In this document: one piece after another, positions 19,848 through 28,844 of the stretch
Numbering within the stretch: the first letter of the stretch is position 1
Layout of the letters: every line of letters starts with the position of its first letter
Translations under genes and position numbers: made by a program
Notes under the pieces: generated by a model
The model's input: the letters and a program-made list of their open reading frames with translations, nothing else
Database searches by the model: none
Told to the model about the DNA's origin: nothing
Assembly (NCBI GenBank): GCA_027053075.1
Contig: JALUEE010000047.1
Span: 64,001-128,000 of the forward strand
Length of the DNA: 64,000 nt
DNA from: a candidate division WOR-3 bacterium
Lineage (GTDB): Bacteria > Hydrothermota > Hydrothermia > B15-G9 > WFZT01
Direction: 5' to 3'

Positions 19848-20188
19848 ATTCCCCCCTCCTATCCCTGACGTCACCCACGAATTTCTGGATAATAACACCT
19901 TATCCCTTGCCACGTCTTCAAAAAGGTGTACTACGCTCAATATTTGAACACTCTCTTTATACGGTATAAACGAATATATCCTTTCGGTAAAATTGCTGAT
20001 TTAGTGCGAAAAATCGAATTTCTCGCCCAGATTGCATTGTATAAATATACATGGCAAGCAAAAACATGGGTGATGTCAGGTCAGCCTCCTATCCTCCCCC
20101 CACGCACTTCGTGCGTGGGGGGAGGAATAAGGTGGGGGGCAAATTTTTCATTGAAAATCAAAGGTTTTGAAATTTTTCGAACAGGCTC
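19848..20188. mobile_element. MITE copy lacking one TIR, interrupted by a second element
   Basis: 20085-20188 is near the reverse complement of the 17646 copy and 19848-64 is its continuation; exact TSD GTATCTTTA at 19839-47 and 20189-97. Confidence 0.8.
19865..20084. mobile_element. Nested 220-bp non-autonomous element of a second family
   Basis: Ends CTGACGTCACCCA / TGGGTGATGTCAG(GTCAG); 10-bp TSD CCTCCTATCC at 19855-64 and 20085-94. Confidence 0.75.
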
Positions 20189-20233
20189 GTATCTTTATGG
20201 TCTTTTGCGTCGGATGGAATTAAAATTTTGGGT

Positions 20234-20710
20234 ATGAAAAGAGAATATCCGGAAATGCCCATCGTATCTGTTGGAGGTCTCGTTGTAATGGGTAACATGT
20301 TTCTTCTCACAAAAAGAGCGAAAGAACCGCTGAAAGATGTTTGGACTTTACCGGGTGGTGCCGTAGAGTTGGGTGAGAGACTTCCGGACGCTATAGTTCG
20401 TGAAATTAAAGAAGAGTGCCAGATTCAGGCACGGCCAATTGGAATTATTGAAGTGTTTGAGCAAATTTTTAGAGACGATAAAGGGAGAGTCAAATTTCAC
20501 TATGTAATTGTGGATTTCCTCCTCGAATACGAAAGTGGAATAGCAAAGGCCTCATCGGACACCGCCGAGCTAAAATGGCTCACATTGGAAGAGCTTGGAA
20601 AATATAATCCTCCGGCAAGGGCAGTCAGTGTAATAAAGCGTGGTCTTGAGGTTTATAAAAAGCTCAGGGCTCAACCTGAGGCAATTTTACCGTTAATAAA
20701 AACCGACTGA
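20234..20710 (+). CDS. NUDIX hydrolase (ADP-ribose pyrophosphatase-like)
   Basis: Nudix box PGGAVELGERLPDAIVREIKEEC; REYPEMPIVSVG N-terminus. Confidence 0.9.
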   Translation: MKREYPEMPIVSVGGLVVMGNMFLLTKRAKEPLKDVWTLPGGAVELGERLPDAIVREIKEECQIQARPIGIIEVFEQIFRDDKGRVKFHYVIVDFLLEYESGIAKASSDTAELKWLTLEELGKYNPPARAVSVIKRGLEVYKKLRAQPEAILPLIKTD

Positions 20711-22107
20711 ATTTTGAATTCTGGTGAGGCCCTATCAAGGACCACAAAGTCCGCAACATAGCCGTCTTTCAGCGCCCCCTTAAGGTCCTCCTCAAAGGAA
20801 AAATAAGCACCGGCAGTTGTATAAAGACGCAGAGCCTCTTCAAAACTGATAGGATCAATGGGATGATAGAGAGCCCCTCTAATCCCGTACTGAGGTGACG
20901 GTGGCATGGCATCAGAGCCGAAGGCAACTTTTATGCCAAGTGACAACATTTTTTTAAATGGATTATTGAGCTTCCAGAGTCTATCGCCGAGATACTCACG
21001 GTACATTCCATCCTCCCCTCCCCATCTTTCCACAAAATTAGGCTGGGATGATATCAAAATCCCCATGCTCTTTGCAAGTTTCAGGTCCACCTCTTCTGGA
21101 AACTCAAAATGCTCAATCCTGTGCCTTAAATAGTTCCCGCCTTCGAGGGCATTTTTAAAGGCTTCAAGAGATGTTCTTATTGCCCGGGTACCGATAGCAT
21201 GAATAAGGAGCTGAATGCCATTTTCCTGAGCTCTTTTAATAAGATTCTCAAGTTCTTCTCGTGTCTTCAAAAGTTTTCCACTGTGTTTCTCCCCTACGTA
21301 ATTTTCGAAAAAGGCAGCAGTTTTCCCGCCAACCGAGCCATCTGTAAAAATTTTAACTCCACCTATTCGCAAGACCGTGTTGCCAAACCCACTTCGTATA
21401 CCAAGCTTTATCAGGTTTTCAAGGTCATTTTCATAAAAGTTAAAATAGACACGAATCTTTAGGAGTCCTGCATCGTTGAGCTCTTCATAGGCGCGAAATG
21501 CCGTTACATTGCCAAACTCGTGAACTGAAGTAATCCCCAGGTCTATCATCTCCTCCTGGGCTGTGAGAATTGCAAGTTTAATTTCCTCAAATTCTGGTGG
21601 AAAGTATTCGTTGATTTTCAGAGGAACTTCCTCAAGGAGCAGACCGGATTTTGAATCAACGCCCGGAGTTTTTCGGGGCAAAAGCTTTAGTGCGGCTGAG
21701 TTGGCAATCGCAATGTGGCCACATACTCGCCTCAAAATCACAGGGGTGTCACCGGTAACGTTATCCATATCTTTTTTTGTTATAAATCTTTTCTCATCCC
21801 ATGTGCTCTGGTCAAATTCTTCGAAAATAATTGGGGGCCTGTAGTTGCCACTTTTTACAACGGCTTCAATAAATTCAAGAGCGTCTTTAATGCTCTTCGT
21901 TTCCTTCAAGTTTGGCCTCGATATAAAAAGCCCATACTGCCATAGATGTGTGTGTGCATCAATAAATCCCGGGATCACCACGTCGAATACTTTCGCATCA
22001 CCAGGCAGGGTTTCACTTCTCTCCAGCAATCCGTGATTAATTGTGAAACCTACGTCATCAACAAATTTGCCGTCTATGAATGCCTTTTTTGCAATAAAAG
22101 CTTTCAT
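20671..22107 (-). CDS. Amidohydrolase (YtcJ-like, amidohydrolase_3)
   Basis: PGFIDAHTH, KIFTDGSVG, HAIG, HRIEH, FGSD. Confidence 0.9.
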   Translation of the reverse strand: MKAFIAKKAFIDGKFVDDVGFTINHGLLERSETLPGDAKVFDVVIPGFIDAHTHLWQYGLFISRPNLKETKSIKDALEFIEAVVKSGNYRPPIIFEEFDQSTWDEKRFITKKDMDNVTGDTPVILRRVCGHIAIANSAALKLLPRKTPGVDSKSGLLLEEVPLKINEYFPPEFEEIKLAILTAQEEMIDLGITSVHEFGNVTAFRAYEELNDAGLLKIRVYFNFYENDLENLIKLGIRSGFGNTVLRIGGVKIFTDGSVGGKTAAFFENYVGEKHSGKLLKTREELENLIKRAQENGIQLLIHAIGTRAIRTSLEAFKNALEGGNYLRHRIEHFEFPEEVDLKLAKSMGILISSQPNFVERWGGEDGMYREYLGDRLWKLNNPFKKMLSLGIKVAFGSDAMPPSPQYGIRGALYHPIDPISFEEALRLYTTAGAYFSFEEDLKGALKDGYVADFVVLDRASPEFKIQSVFINGKIASG

Positions 22108-22901
22108 CCTGAAAGGTAGTTTATGGGGTTAACTGGCTTTCCATTTTTCCAGATTTCATAGTGCAAATGGGGACCCGTGGAGAGGCCAGTATTTCCAACA
22201 AGTCCGATAAGATCACCTTTTTTCACGATGTCACCGGGTTTGACAAGCACCTTAGAAAGGTGGCCATAAACGGTTTTATAAATGTCTCCATGTGAAATAA
22301 CGACCATGTTGCCAAATCTTTTGCTGTAGGTGACTTTTACAACGATTCCATTTGCAGGCGAGATTATGGGAGTTCCGGTCTGGGCAGCTATGTCAACTCC
22401 TCTGTGAGAGGCCGTGAAGCCCCTCGTAATGTAGCCTTTTACAGGCATTCCATAAGGGGTGTAAACATTTGCCTTCTCAGCCTTAATAATTTCCTGCTCG
22501 ACAGGATTTGTAGCCTTAACATCCACTGTATTGGCTTTTTGCGCCTTCTTTGAAGGTTTTGAGTTAATCTTTGCGGCCAGCTTTTCGATGTCAAAGGGCG
22601 GTGGCGCGTTTTGCACACCGAGCATGTTTTCCACCTTCTTCCGAAATTGTGACAATTCCTCCAGTTTTTTCTCGAGAACCACTACCTTTTCATTCTCTTC
22701 CCTGAGCCTTTTGTTTTCATTAATTAAGGCGTGCAATCTCCGTTCGGTTTTGACATATCTGTAGTGAGTGTAAAAAGCGGCACCAACAATGATGAGAATC
22801 ACTATTCCGGTGACAATAAAAAGTTTCATCAACCATGAGGGAATAAAACGGTTGATGACCTTATTTTTGGACACAATTATTATTTCGTAACCCTTTTTCA
22901 T
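22104..22901 (-). CDS. M23-family metallopeptidase with TM and coiled coil
   Basis: HRGVD, YGHL, TGPHLHYE. Confidence 0.92.
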   Translation of the reverse strand: MKKGYEIIIVSKNKVINRFIPSWLMKLFIVTGIVILIIVGAAFYTHYRYVKTERRLHALINENKRLREENEKVVVLEKKLEELSQFRKKVENMLGVQNAPPPFDIEKLAAKINSKPSKKAQKANTVDVKATNPVEQEIIKAEKANVYTPYGMPVKGYITRGFTASHRGVDIAAQTGTPIISPANGIVVKVTYSKRFGNMVVISHGDIYKTVYGHLSKVLVKPGDIVKKGDLIGLVGNTGLSTGPHLHYEIWKNGKPVNPINYLSG

Positions 22902-22933
22902 TGCTTAAATGGTAATTTGGGCAGAGGGAACGT

Positions 22934-23869
22934 TCAAAGAATTTTCTTACGGTAGCCCCTTAGAAATTCCTCCGCCTTCATAATTCTTTTCCCCTGAGGC
23001 TGTATCTCGAGTATTTCAACCATAAAATCGAGGGCCTCTACAAGCAGTCTACCCCCTGAGACGTGCATTTTGCCTGGCTCTCCCCCCTGCTCTTCTGCCA
23101 CTTTTGCCCTGATGAGCTTCGCCATCAGAGGACCAAATTGATCCTTCGCACCGGGCCTGGTGGAGAGTGCATTTATCTTACACTTTACTTTTTCTGCTTT
23201 ATCATCCCAGCTGATCCAGAGCTCTTCGCGCATAATCTTTTTCGCATAGCTTGGCTCGCCGGACTGGGGCACCGGTTTCAGCTCTCCACTCAATATCCGC
23301 GGTATACTTGAGAGAGTAAGATGAGCACCAACCCTGGCAAGTCTCTCCATAAGTTCCGTCTTAATCTCCGTATCTCCGATCTCGACTTTTTCCTGGGAGA
23401 TGATGGGACCGGTATCAAGTCCCTCGTCCATTACCATCAAGCTTACTCCTGTTTCTTTCTGGCAATCCATCATGGCGCGCTCGATGGGTGCGGCACCGCG
23501 GTACCTGGGCAAAAGCGATGGATGGATGTTTAGCGGATATATATCAGGTAATTCAAGCAGTTTTTTTCTTAAAATTTTTCCATAATCTGCGAGAATTATA
23601 AAATGAGGCATATATCTTCTGAGAGTGTCAATAAAAGCTTCGTCGTTGGGATTCTCTGGCTGGAAAACATCAATACCCGCATCTCTGGCAATGATTTTAA
23701 CTTCCGGGTCCTTTAATTTTCTTCCCCTACCCTTGGGTCGTGGTGGGAGCGTGACCACGGCCTTAAAAGGCAAGCCGTGTGACAGAAGCTCCTTGAAAAC
23801 GAGGGTTGCAAAGTCACCGGAGCCGAAAAAGATGAAGTTTAGCCCATGGAATGGCGCTGTTGACTCCAT
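22934..23869 (-). CDS. fmt: Methionyl-tRNA formyltransferase
   Basis: NIHPSLLPRYRGAAPI, MDEGLDTG. Confidence 0.95.
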   Translation of the reverse strand: MESTAPFHGLNFIFFGSGDFATLVFKELLSHGLPFKAVVTLPPRPKGRGRKLKDPEVKIIARDAGIDVFQPENPNDEAFIDTLRRYMPHFIILADYGKILRKKLLELPDIYPLNIHPSLLPRYRGAAPIERAMMDCQKETGVSLMVMDEGLDTGPIISQEKVEIGDTEIKTELMERLARVGAHLTLSSIPRILSGELKPVPQSGEPSYAKKIMREELWISWDDKAEKVKCKINALSTRPGAKDQFGPLMAKLIRAKVAEEQGGEPGKMHVSGGRLLVEALDFMVEILEIQPQGKRIMKAEEFLRGYRKKIL

Positions 23870-24369
23870 TCTCTTAGAAGTTCTACCCGTTCCTCTGGCG
23901 GGAGATGATCAATGAAGAGTACACCATCAAGGTGGTCAAGCTCATGTTGAATAACTCTCGCAAAGAGCTCATCTGCCTCAAATTCCCTTTCTACAAGCTT
24001 TTTTCGCCTCAGGATCAGGGTCTTCACAACAATTTTCCTGGGTCTCGTCACATTGGCATACAATCCAGGAATTGAAAGGCACCCTTCTTCAAATTCACTC
24101 TCTCCATAGGTTTCGACAATCTGCGGGTTTATAAAAACCATGGGCTTTTTGGCAATTTCGAGGTATTCGGCATCCACCACAAATAAACGGATGGATTTTC
24201 CGACCTGAGGAGCGGCAAGGCCAATACCATTGGCCATCTTCATGGTAACTTCCATCTTCCTGGCCAGATTGATAATTTCATCATTGAGGTCTTCGATGGG
24301 CCTGGCCTTTTCCCGAAGGACCTTATCTCCCAGGATTCTAATGGGTAAAACGTCTTTCTTCTCACTCAT
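23839..24369 (-). CDS. def: Peptide deformylase
   Basis: GIGLAAPQVG, EGCLSIP, QHELDHL. Confidence 0.97.
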   Translation of the reverse strand: MSEKKDVLPIRILGDKVLREKARPIEDLNDEIINLARKMEVTMKMANGIGLAAPQVGKSIRLFVVDAEYLEIAKKPMVFINPQIVETYGESEFEEGCLSIPGLYANVTRPRKIVVKTLILRRKKLVEREFEADELFARVIQHELDHLDGVLFIDHLPPEERVELLREWSQQRHSMG

Positions 24370-24728
24370 TTCTTCTCATCAGCCTTCTTCTTTTCTTCGG
24401 TTTCAGGATTTAAAACACCTCTGATGGCTGACTTATCCACCTTTATCACAGTGTTTTGTGCTACTTTAAGGCTAACTACGTTGTTATCAATTTTTTGCAC
24501 TGTTCCGATTATTCCGCCGCTGGTAATCACGCGATCGCCCTTTTTAAGGGCATTTAGCATAGCCTTCCTCTTTTTCTCCGCCCTCGACTGTGGATAAATG
24601 AGAAGAAGGTAAAAGATCACAAAAATGAAGATGAGTGGCAGAAGGGCCTTCATCAGGTCACCGCCACTCTGTTGTTGCTGCGCCATTAATGGAGCTGCCA
24701 TTATAAAAATTAGACTTAGTTTTTTCAT
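24366..24728 (-). CDS. yajC: Preprotein translocase subunit YajC
   Basis: FYLLLIYPQ..LKKGDRVITSGGIIG. Confidence 0.93.
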   Translation of the reverse strand: MKKLSLIFIMAAPLMAQQQQSGGDLMKALLPLIFIFVIFYLLLIYPQSRAEKKRKAMLNALKKGDRVITSGGIIGTVQKIDNNVVSLKVAQNTVIKVDKSAIRGVLNPETEEKKKADEKK

Positions 24729-24742
24729 ATCTCCTCTCCTTT

Positions 24743-27532
24743 TTAAAATTCCTGTCCTATTGTTAAAGTCTGGAGCCAGCCTCCTGTAAAGCTCCTTAAA
24801 TCTGTAGGTCTTGCAACATTGTACATCAACGTGCCTATACCGAGATTAAGCCTTATGCTGAAGCCGATATCGGCTTTAAGGTCGTTTAGTTTAAAGCCCC
24901 CCTCATCACTTGTGAAGGGCTGGAATTGCTTCGAATTCTGCCACGCAGCTCCAAAGTCCATAAACAGGGCTCCCCTGATCATATCGAGCTCAATGGGCAG
25001 TGGAAATGACATTTTTAGCACATCTATAAAAGGCACTCTCAGCTCAAAGTTGGTGAGGAAAACGTGCGTTCCGTAAAAGCTATAGTAATCGTACCCACGC
25101 AGTGTCCCGGGACCACCGAGATAAAAGTAAAGAGGATTCTTTCCAGAAGATGCTCCATAGACGACCCTCGTGGCGAAAGTTGACCTTCGGGTAATTCTCA
25201 AGTAATTTCTGAAGTCCAGAAAGGCAAGCTGGTAACCCTGAGTTTTGTGGTAAACATTATCGTATTCCAGATGATATCTGGTGCCTGAAAGTGGTCCAAG
25301 ATAAGTGTATAGTGCGTTATCAAATGTAAAACCAAGATAAGCATTGAGTGGCCAGATAGTTCCCCAGTCAACAGGGTAATCGTAGGGATAAAGGTAGTGA
25401 TAATAGTAGATTCTCTCCAATCCCAGCCCGGCCTCCAATCTTTTAAACTTGTCAAATGGATACTGAATCTCCCCCATCAATCCATTTGTCTTGAAAATAT
25501 AAAACTCCGAGTTTGAAATCACCGAATAGCTCCAGTACTGGTAAAAGGAGAGACCAAGGTCAGTTCTTTTTGGAAGATAGAGATAGTCAAGCTCAAAATC
25601 TGAGTTGGATATGTCTTTTGTAAGGTCTGAGTAGAAAATAAACCTGTTGTCCCCGAGCTCATCGGATATGGAAATGGCAAACATACCGTTGAGGCCAAAT
25701 CCTGTTGAATACTGAACAACACCGGTGACCCAGTCGGCGGTAAAATATACCTTGTAATTTTCCTCTTCAGCAGAGTTTACCGTGCTCAAATCTATTTTCT
25801 TAAACGGTACCTCGCTCAACGTAACAGATTCAAGAGAATCAAGAGGGTCTTTTAACACAAATATATCCCACCCGTTGTTCCACAAAAGAGAGAAGGTGAG
25901 CTTGTCGTGTTTTTTGGACCAGTCTGGTGTTTTGATCCCGGTTATGTAATTTGTGACAAGCTGGGTCTGGCCGGTTTTCAAGTTGTACAAAACGAGGTTA
26001 AAGGAATTGTTATGATTGGCAACAAATGTTATTAGCGTATCATCCACAAATTGAGGAAAGGATATATTCCCATAGTAGGGCGTTAATTTAGAGATTTTCC
26101 CATCATGGTAAACGAAAACGGCATAACTGCCGTAGTAGAAGTTGGCGCTATCAGATATATTGTTTCTGTCAGATACAAAGATTATTTCCTTCCCGTCGGG
26201 AGAGAAATCCGGGTCATGGTCGTCAAACCTATCGTCCATTAATTTCTCCATGCTATCGCTTGTGAGGTCATAAACGTAGATGTCAGACTTGCCATCCATT
26301 AGCCCCGTAAAGACGAGTTTTTTACCATCCGGTGACCATCTGGGTTTATAAATGGCATCGAGTCCTGTTTTAATGGTTCTCTCTATCTTTTTGTTGTAGA
26401 CATTCAGGATGTGGATGACATCGCCTTTTGTAGAACGGGCTGAAAATACAATTCTGGTGCCATCCGGTGAAAAATCGAGGCCCGGCTTCAGAAGATGAAT
26501 GTTTTCGAGGGAAGGTGTCTTCTCAGCTGTGAGGAGTTTTCTAATCCTTTTACCGGTTGCGACTGAATAGAGGTAAATGCTCGAATAGCCTCCCCTATCA
26601 GACACCGCAGCAACCAGGCTCCCATCAGGAGAGATTGTAGAAGCGATGTTAAAATAGCTCCCCTCATCTTCGTGATGGGTGATCTGCTTACCCCTCCAGG
26701 GAATTTCGATATTTTTCACGTCAGGGTAGTAAAGCTTCTTCAAATAGAGCATAAACTGCCGATCAAATTCCTTTAGTGGCATATTAAAGGTCTTTTTAAC
26801 CGCACTCTCGAGACTTCCATTGAATTTTATAGAGTGGAAGAACTGGCCTATCTTTTTCTGGCCAAACATATCATTTATAAATCTGTAAATTGCCTGTCCT
26901 TCTTTGTAGTCAATATATCCGTACACATTGCTCAGTTTCTCGATGGTCAGAATTTTATCGTTAATCACAAGGTCTTTTATGTATATATCTGCTTCTTTAT
27001 CCCATCCCTGAGAGAGGTATTCGGCCATGCCCTCCATTACCCATAAGGGTATGCGAAAGGATGAGGCTGTAGAAATAGGACTTTTCATACCTTTAAAAAG
27101 AATGTTGTACTGAAAAACGTGCACAAGCTCGTGGGCGAGCACGTGACGAAAATCATCATAAGAGCCTGTAAATGGAACCACAACTCGATTTTTAAAGACC
27201 TCGGTGAATCCTCCAACTCCTTCCTCAATCAAACTGAGAATTACATTGGTCTGCTCAAAATCGTTCTGACATCTGTAAATGATGACAGGAGTTTTATCCT
27301 CTATATTGACTTTAAGGATGCCCTCGTATTTTTTGAAATATTCTTCGAGAACTGCTCCTGCAAACCGGGCGAGGTGCTCCTCTCCCTCGTAGTTGTAAAT
27401 TTTAAAGTGCCTGGTTTCCAGCACCTTCCAGTGGAAATTCTTGTACTGTACTTTGTTTTTGCCAAAGTTATAGTATTGAGAGGAAAGGAAGCTGAAACTC
27501 AGTAAAAGAAGGGGGAAAAGTTTCTTTGACAT
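24743..27532 (-). CDS. Omp85/BamA-like barrel with N-terminal HExxH metallopeptidase-like domain and PD40 propeller
   Basis: FGKNKVQY, HELVH..EGMAEY, SPDG repeats, LRGY, terminal F. Confidence 0.85.
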   Translation of the reverse strand: MSKKLFPLLLLSFSFLSSQYYNFGKNKVQYKNFHWKVLETRHFKIYNYEGEEHLARFAGAVLEEYFKKYEGILKVNIEDKTPVIIYRCQNDFEQTNVILSLIEEGVGGFTEVFKNRVVVPFTGSYDDFRHVLAHELVHVFQYNILFKGMKSPISTASSFRIPLWVMEGMAEYLSQGWDKEADIYIKDLVINDKILTIEKLSNVYGYIDYKEGQAIYRFINDMFGQKKIGQFFHSIKFNGSLESAVKKTFNMPLKEFDRQFMLYLKKLYYPDVKNIEIPWRGKQITHHEDEGSYFNIASTISPDGSLVAAVSDRGGYSSIYLYSVATGKRIRKLLTAEKTPSLENIHLLKPGLDFSPDGTRIVFSARSTKGDVIHILNVYNKKIERTIKTGLDAIYKPRWSPDGKKLVFTGLMDGKSDIYVYDLTSDSMEKLMDDRFDDHDPDFSPDGKEIIFVSDRNNISDSANFYYGSYAVFVYHDGKISKLTPYYGNISFPQFVDDTLITFVANHNNSFNLVLYNLKTGQTQLVTNYITGIKTPDWSKKHDKLTFSLLWNNGWDIFVLKDPLDSLESVTLSEVPFKKIDLSTVNSAEEENYKVYFTADWVTGVVQYSTGFGLNGMFAISISDELGDNRFIFYSDLTKDISNSDFELDYLYLPKRTDLGLSFYQYWSYSVISNSEFYIFKTNGLMGEIQYPFDKFKRLEAGLGLERIYYYHYLYPYDYPVDWGTIWPLNAYLGFTFDNALYTYLGPLSGTRYHLEYDNVYHKTQGYQLAFLDFRNYLRITRRSTFATRVVYGASSGKNPLYFYLGGPGTLRGYDYYSFYGTHVFLTNFELRVPFIDVLKMSFPLPIELDMIRGALFMDFGAAWQNSKQFQPFTSDEGGFKLNDLKADIGFSIRLNLGIGTLMYNVARPTDLRSFTGGWLQTLTIGQEF

Positions 27533-27533
27533 A

Positions 27534-28442
27534 TTAATCGTACAGAGCAGTATCAGGGATTATGTATTTGATGGGGTTAACGGGTCTGCCCATGACGCGA
27601 ACTTCATAATGGAGGTGAGGGCCAGTTGAGCGGCCCGTATTCCCTACATAGCCTATGATCTGGCCTCTCCGGACAAACTGGCCCTGTCGCACGGCCGCAC
27701 GGCTACAATGACCATACCTTGTGGTAACTCCATAACCGTGGTCAATCTCAATCATCAATCCGTAACCTCGAACCCATCTTACGGTTTTAACAATGCCATC
27801 CGCAGGTGCCACAATTGGTGTGCCAACAGGGGCAGAAATATCTATTCCATCATGATGCTTGATCTTACCTGTGAAGGGGTCGCGTCTAAAACCAAATGGG
27901 GATGTTAGGATTCCACTTGTTGGATAAATAGAAGGGGTATGCTTTCTCAATCTCTCGTCTCGGGCAAGCTTGGTGTGAATACGAGATAGGCTCTTCAGCT
28001 CAAAATCGGAATATTTGAGCATCCTGTTTAACTCGGTATCAATATTGAAAAGTTCTTTATCGAGTGTATCCTTTGGAATATCAAGATTACCACCGATACC
28101 CATCTGTTTCTGGGCAGGTGGAATAAGAGGGAGTTCCGCCACGGTCCTGATCTTGTTGTCCCATTCGTAAATAGAATCAATCCTGTGCTGGATCATGGCC
28201 ACCTTTGTCTTCATGGCATTGAGTGCCTGCTTGAGCTTCGCATTCTCCGCCTCAAGCTTAACCTGTTTATGGTAATCTACCTCAAACTTTACGTATCTGT
28301 AAGTAGCATAGCTAACAGCACCAAACAACAGGACAAGACCTGCGAGAAATAGCTTGATTTTGGCTGTTGTAAACTTGATTTCACGTGGTAAAGAATGGGA
28401 ATCCTGTGGTATGATTTTTATGTCGTATTTCACTCTTTTCAT
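27534..28442 (-). CDS. M23-family metallopeptidase
   Basis: RRDPFTG, HDGID, TGPHLHYE; N-terminal TM and coiled coil. Confidence 0.92.
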   Translation of the reverse strand: MKRVKYDIKIIPQDSHSLPREIKFTTAKIKLFLAGLVLLFGAVSYATYRYVKFEVDYHKQVKLEAENAKLKQALNAMKTKVAMIQHRIDSIYEWDNKIRTVAELPLIPPAQKQMGIGGNLDIPKDTLDKELFNIDTELNRMLKYSDFELKSLSRIHTKLARDERLRKHTPSIYPTSGILTSPFGFRRDPFTGKIKHHDGIDISAPVGTPIVAPADGIVKTVRWVRGYGLMIEIDHGYGVTTRYGHCSRAAVRQGQFVRRGQIIGYVGNTGRSTGPHLHYEVRVMGRPVNPIKYIIPDTALYD

Positions 28443-28461
28443 GGCGGAAAACTCAACCTTT

Positions 28462-28490
28462 AATATAAATTCGCGAATTTATAATGTCAA
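28462..28490 (-). promoter_or_regulatory. Promoter TTGACA-17-TATATT
   Basis: Consensus -35 on the minus strand upstream of the ATG at 28442. Confidence 0.8.
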
Positions 28491-28499
28491 GCAACGATT

Positions 28500-28612
28500 G
28501 AGCTTATTCCCCCACCTTTTCCTCCCCCACTCACAAAGTGAGTGGGGGAGGAAAAGGTGGGGGCAAATTTTTCATTGAAAATCAAAGGTTTTGAAATTTT
28601 TCGGACAGGCTC
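28500..28612. mobile_element. MITE copy (113 bp)
   Basis: GAGCTTATTC ... TTTTCGGACAGGCTC; exact 10-bp TSD AGCAACGATT at 28490-99 and 28613-22; right half nearly identical to 20132-20188. Confidence 0.88.
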
Positions 28613-28844
28613 AGCAACGATTGGGGGTGAATGGAAATTGTTATCCACTTACTGGTCTCCTTCACCCACTTTGTGGGTATAGGACAAAACTTTCGAGAGG
28701 AATTTCCTTCAAAAGCCGACAATTTTTCTCAGCAATGAGTTAGAACCGAATGTGTCGAAAGGAAATACACATACCGTTTCCAAAAAGAGCAGTTCATCCA
28801 TAATCATGTTGCTCTGACGGGGAATTTGGATAAAAATTAAATGC

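Noticed and set aside
12503..20237. Small ORFs in intergenic gaps (12503-12971, 17673-17861, 19392-19610, 19926-20237; also 28354-28578)
   Set aside because: They run through MITE hairpins and TIRs and show no protein motifs or RBS.
28640..28649. DnaA-box-like TTATCCAC as a replication origin
   Set aside because: Single imperfect box with no cluster and no dnaA context.
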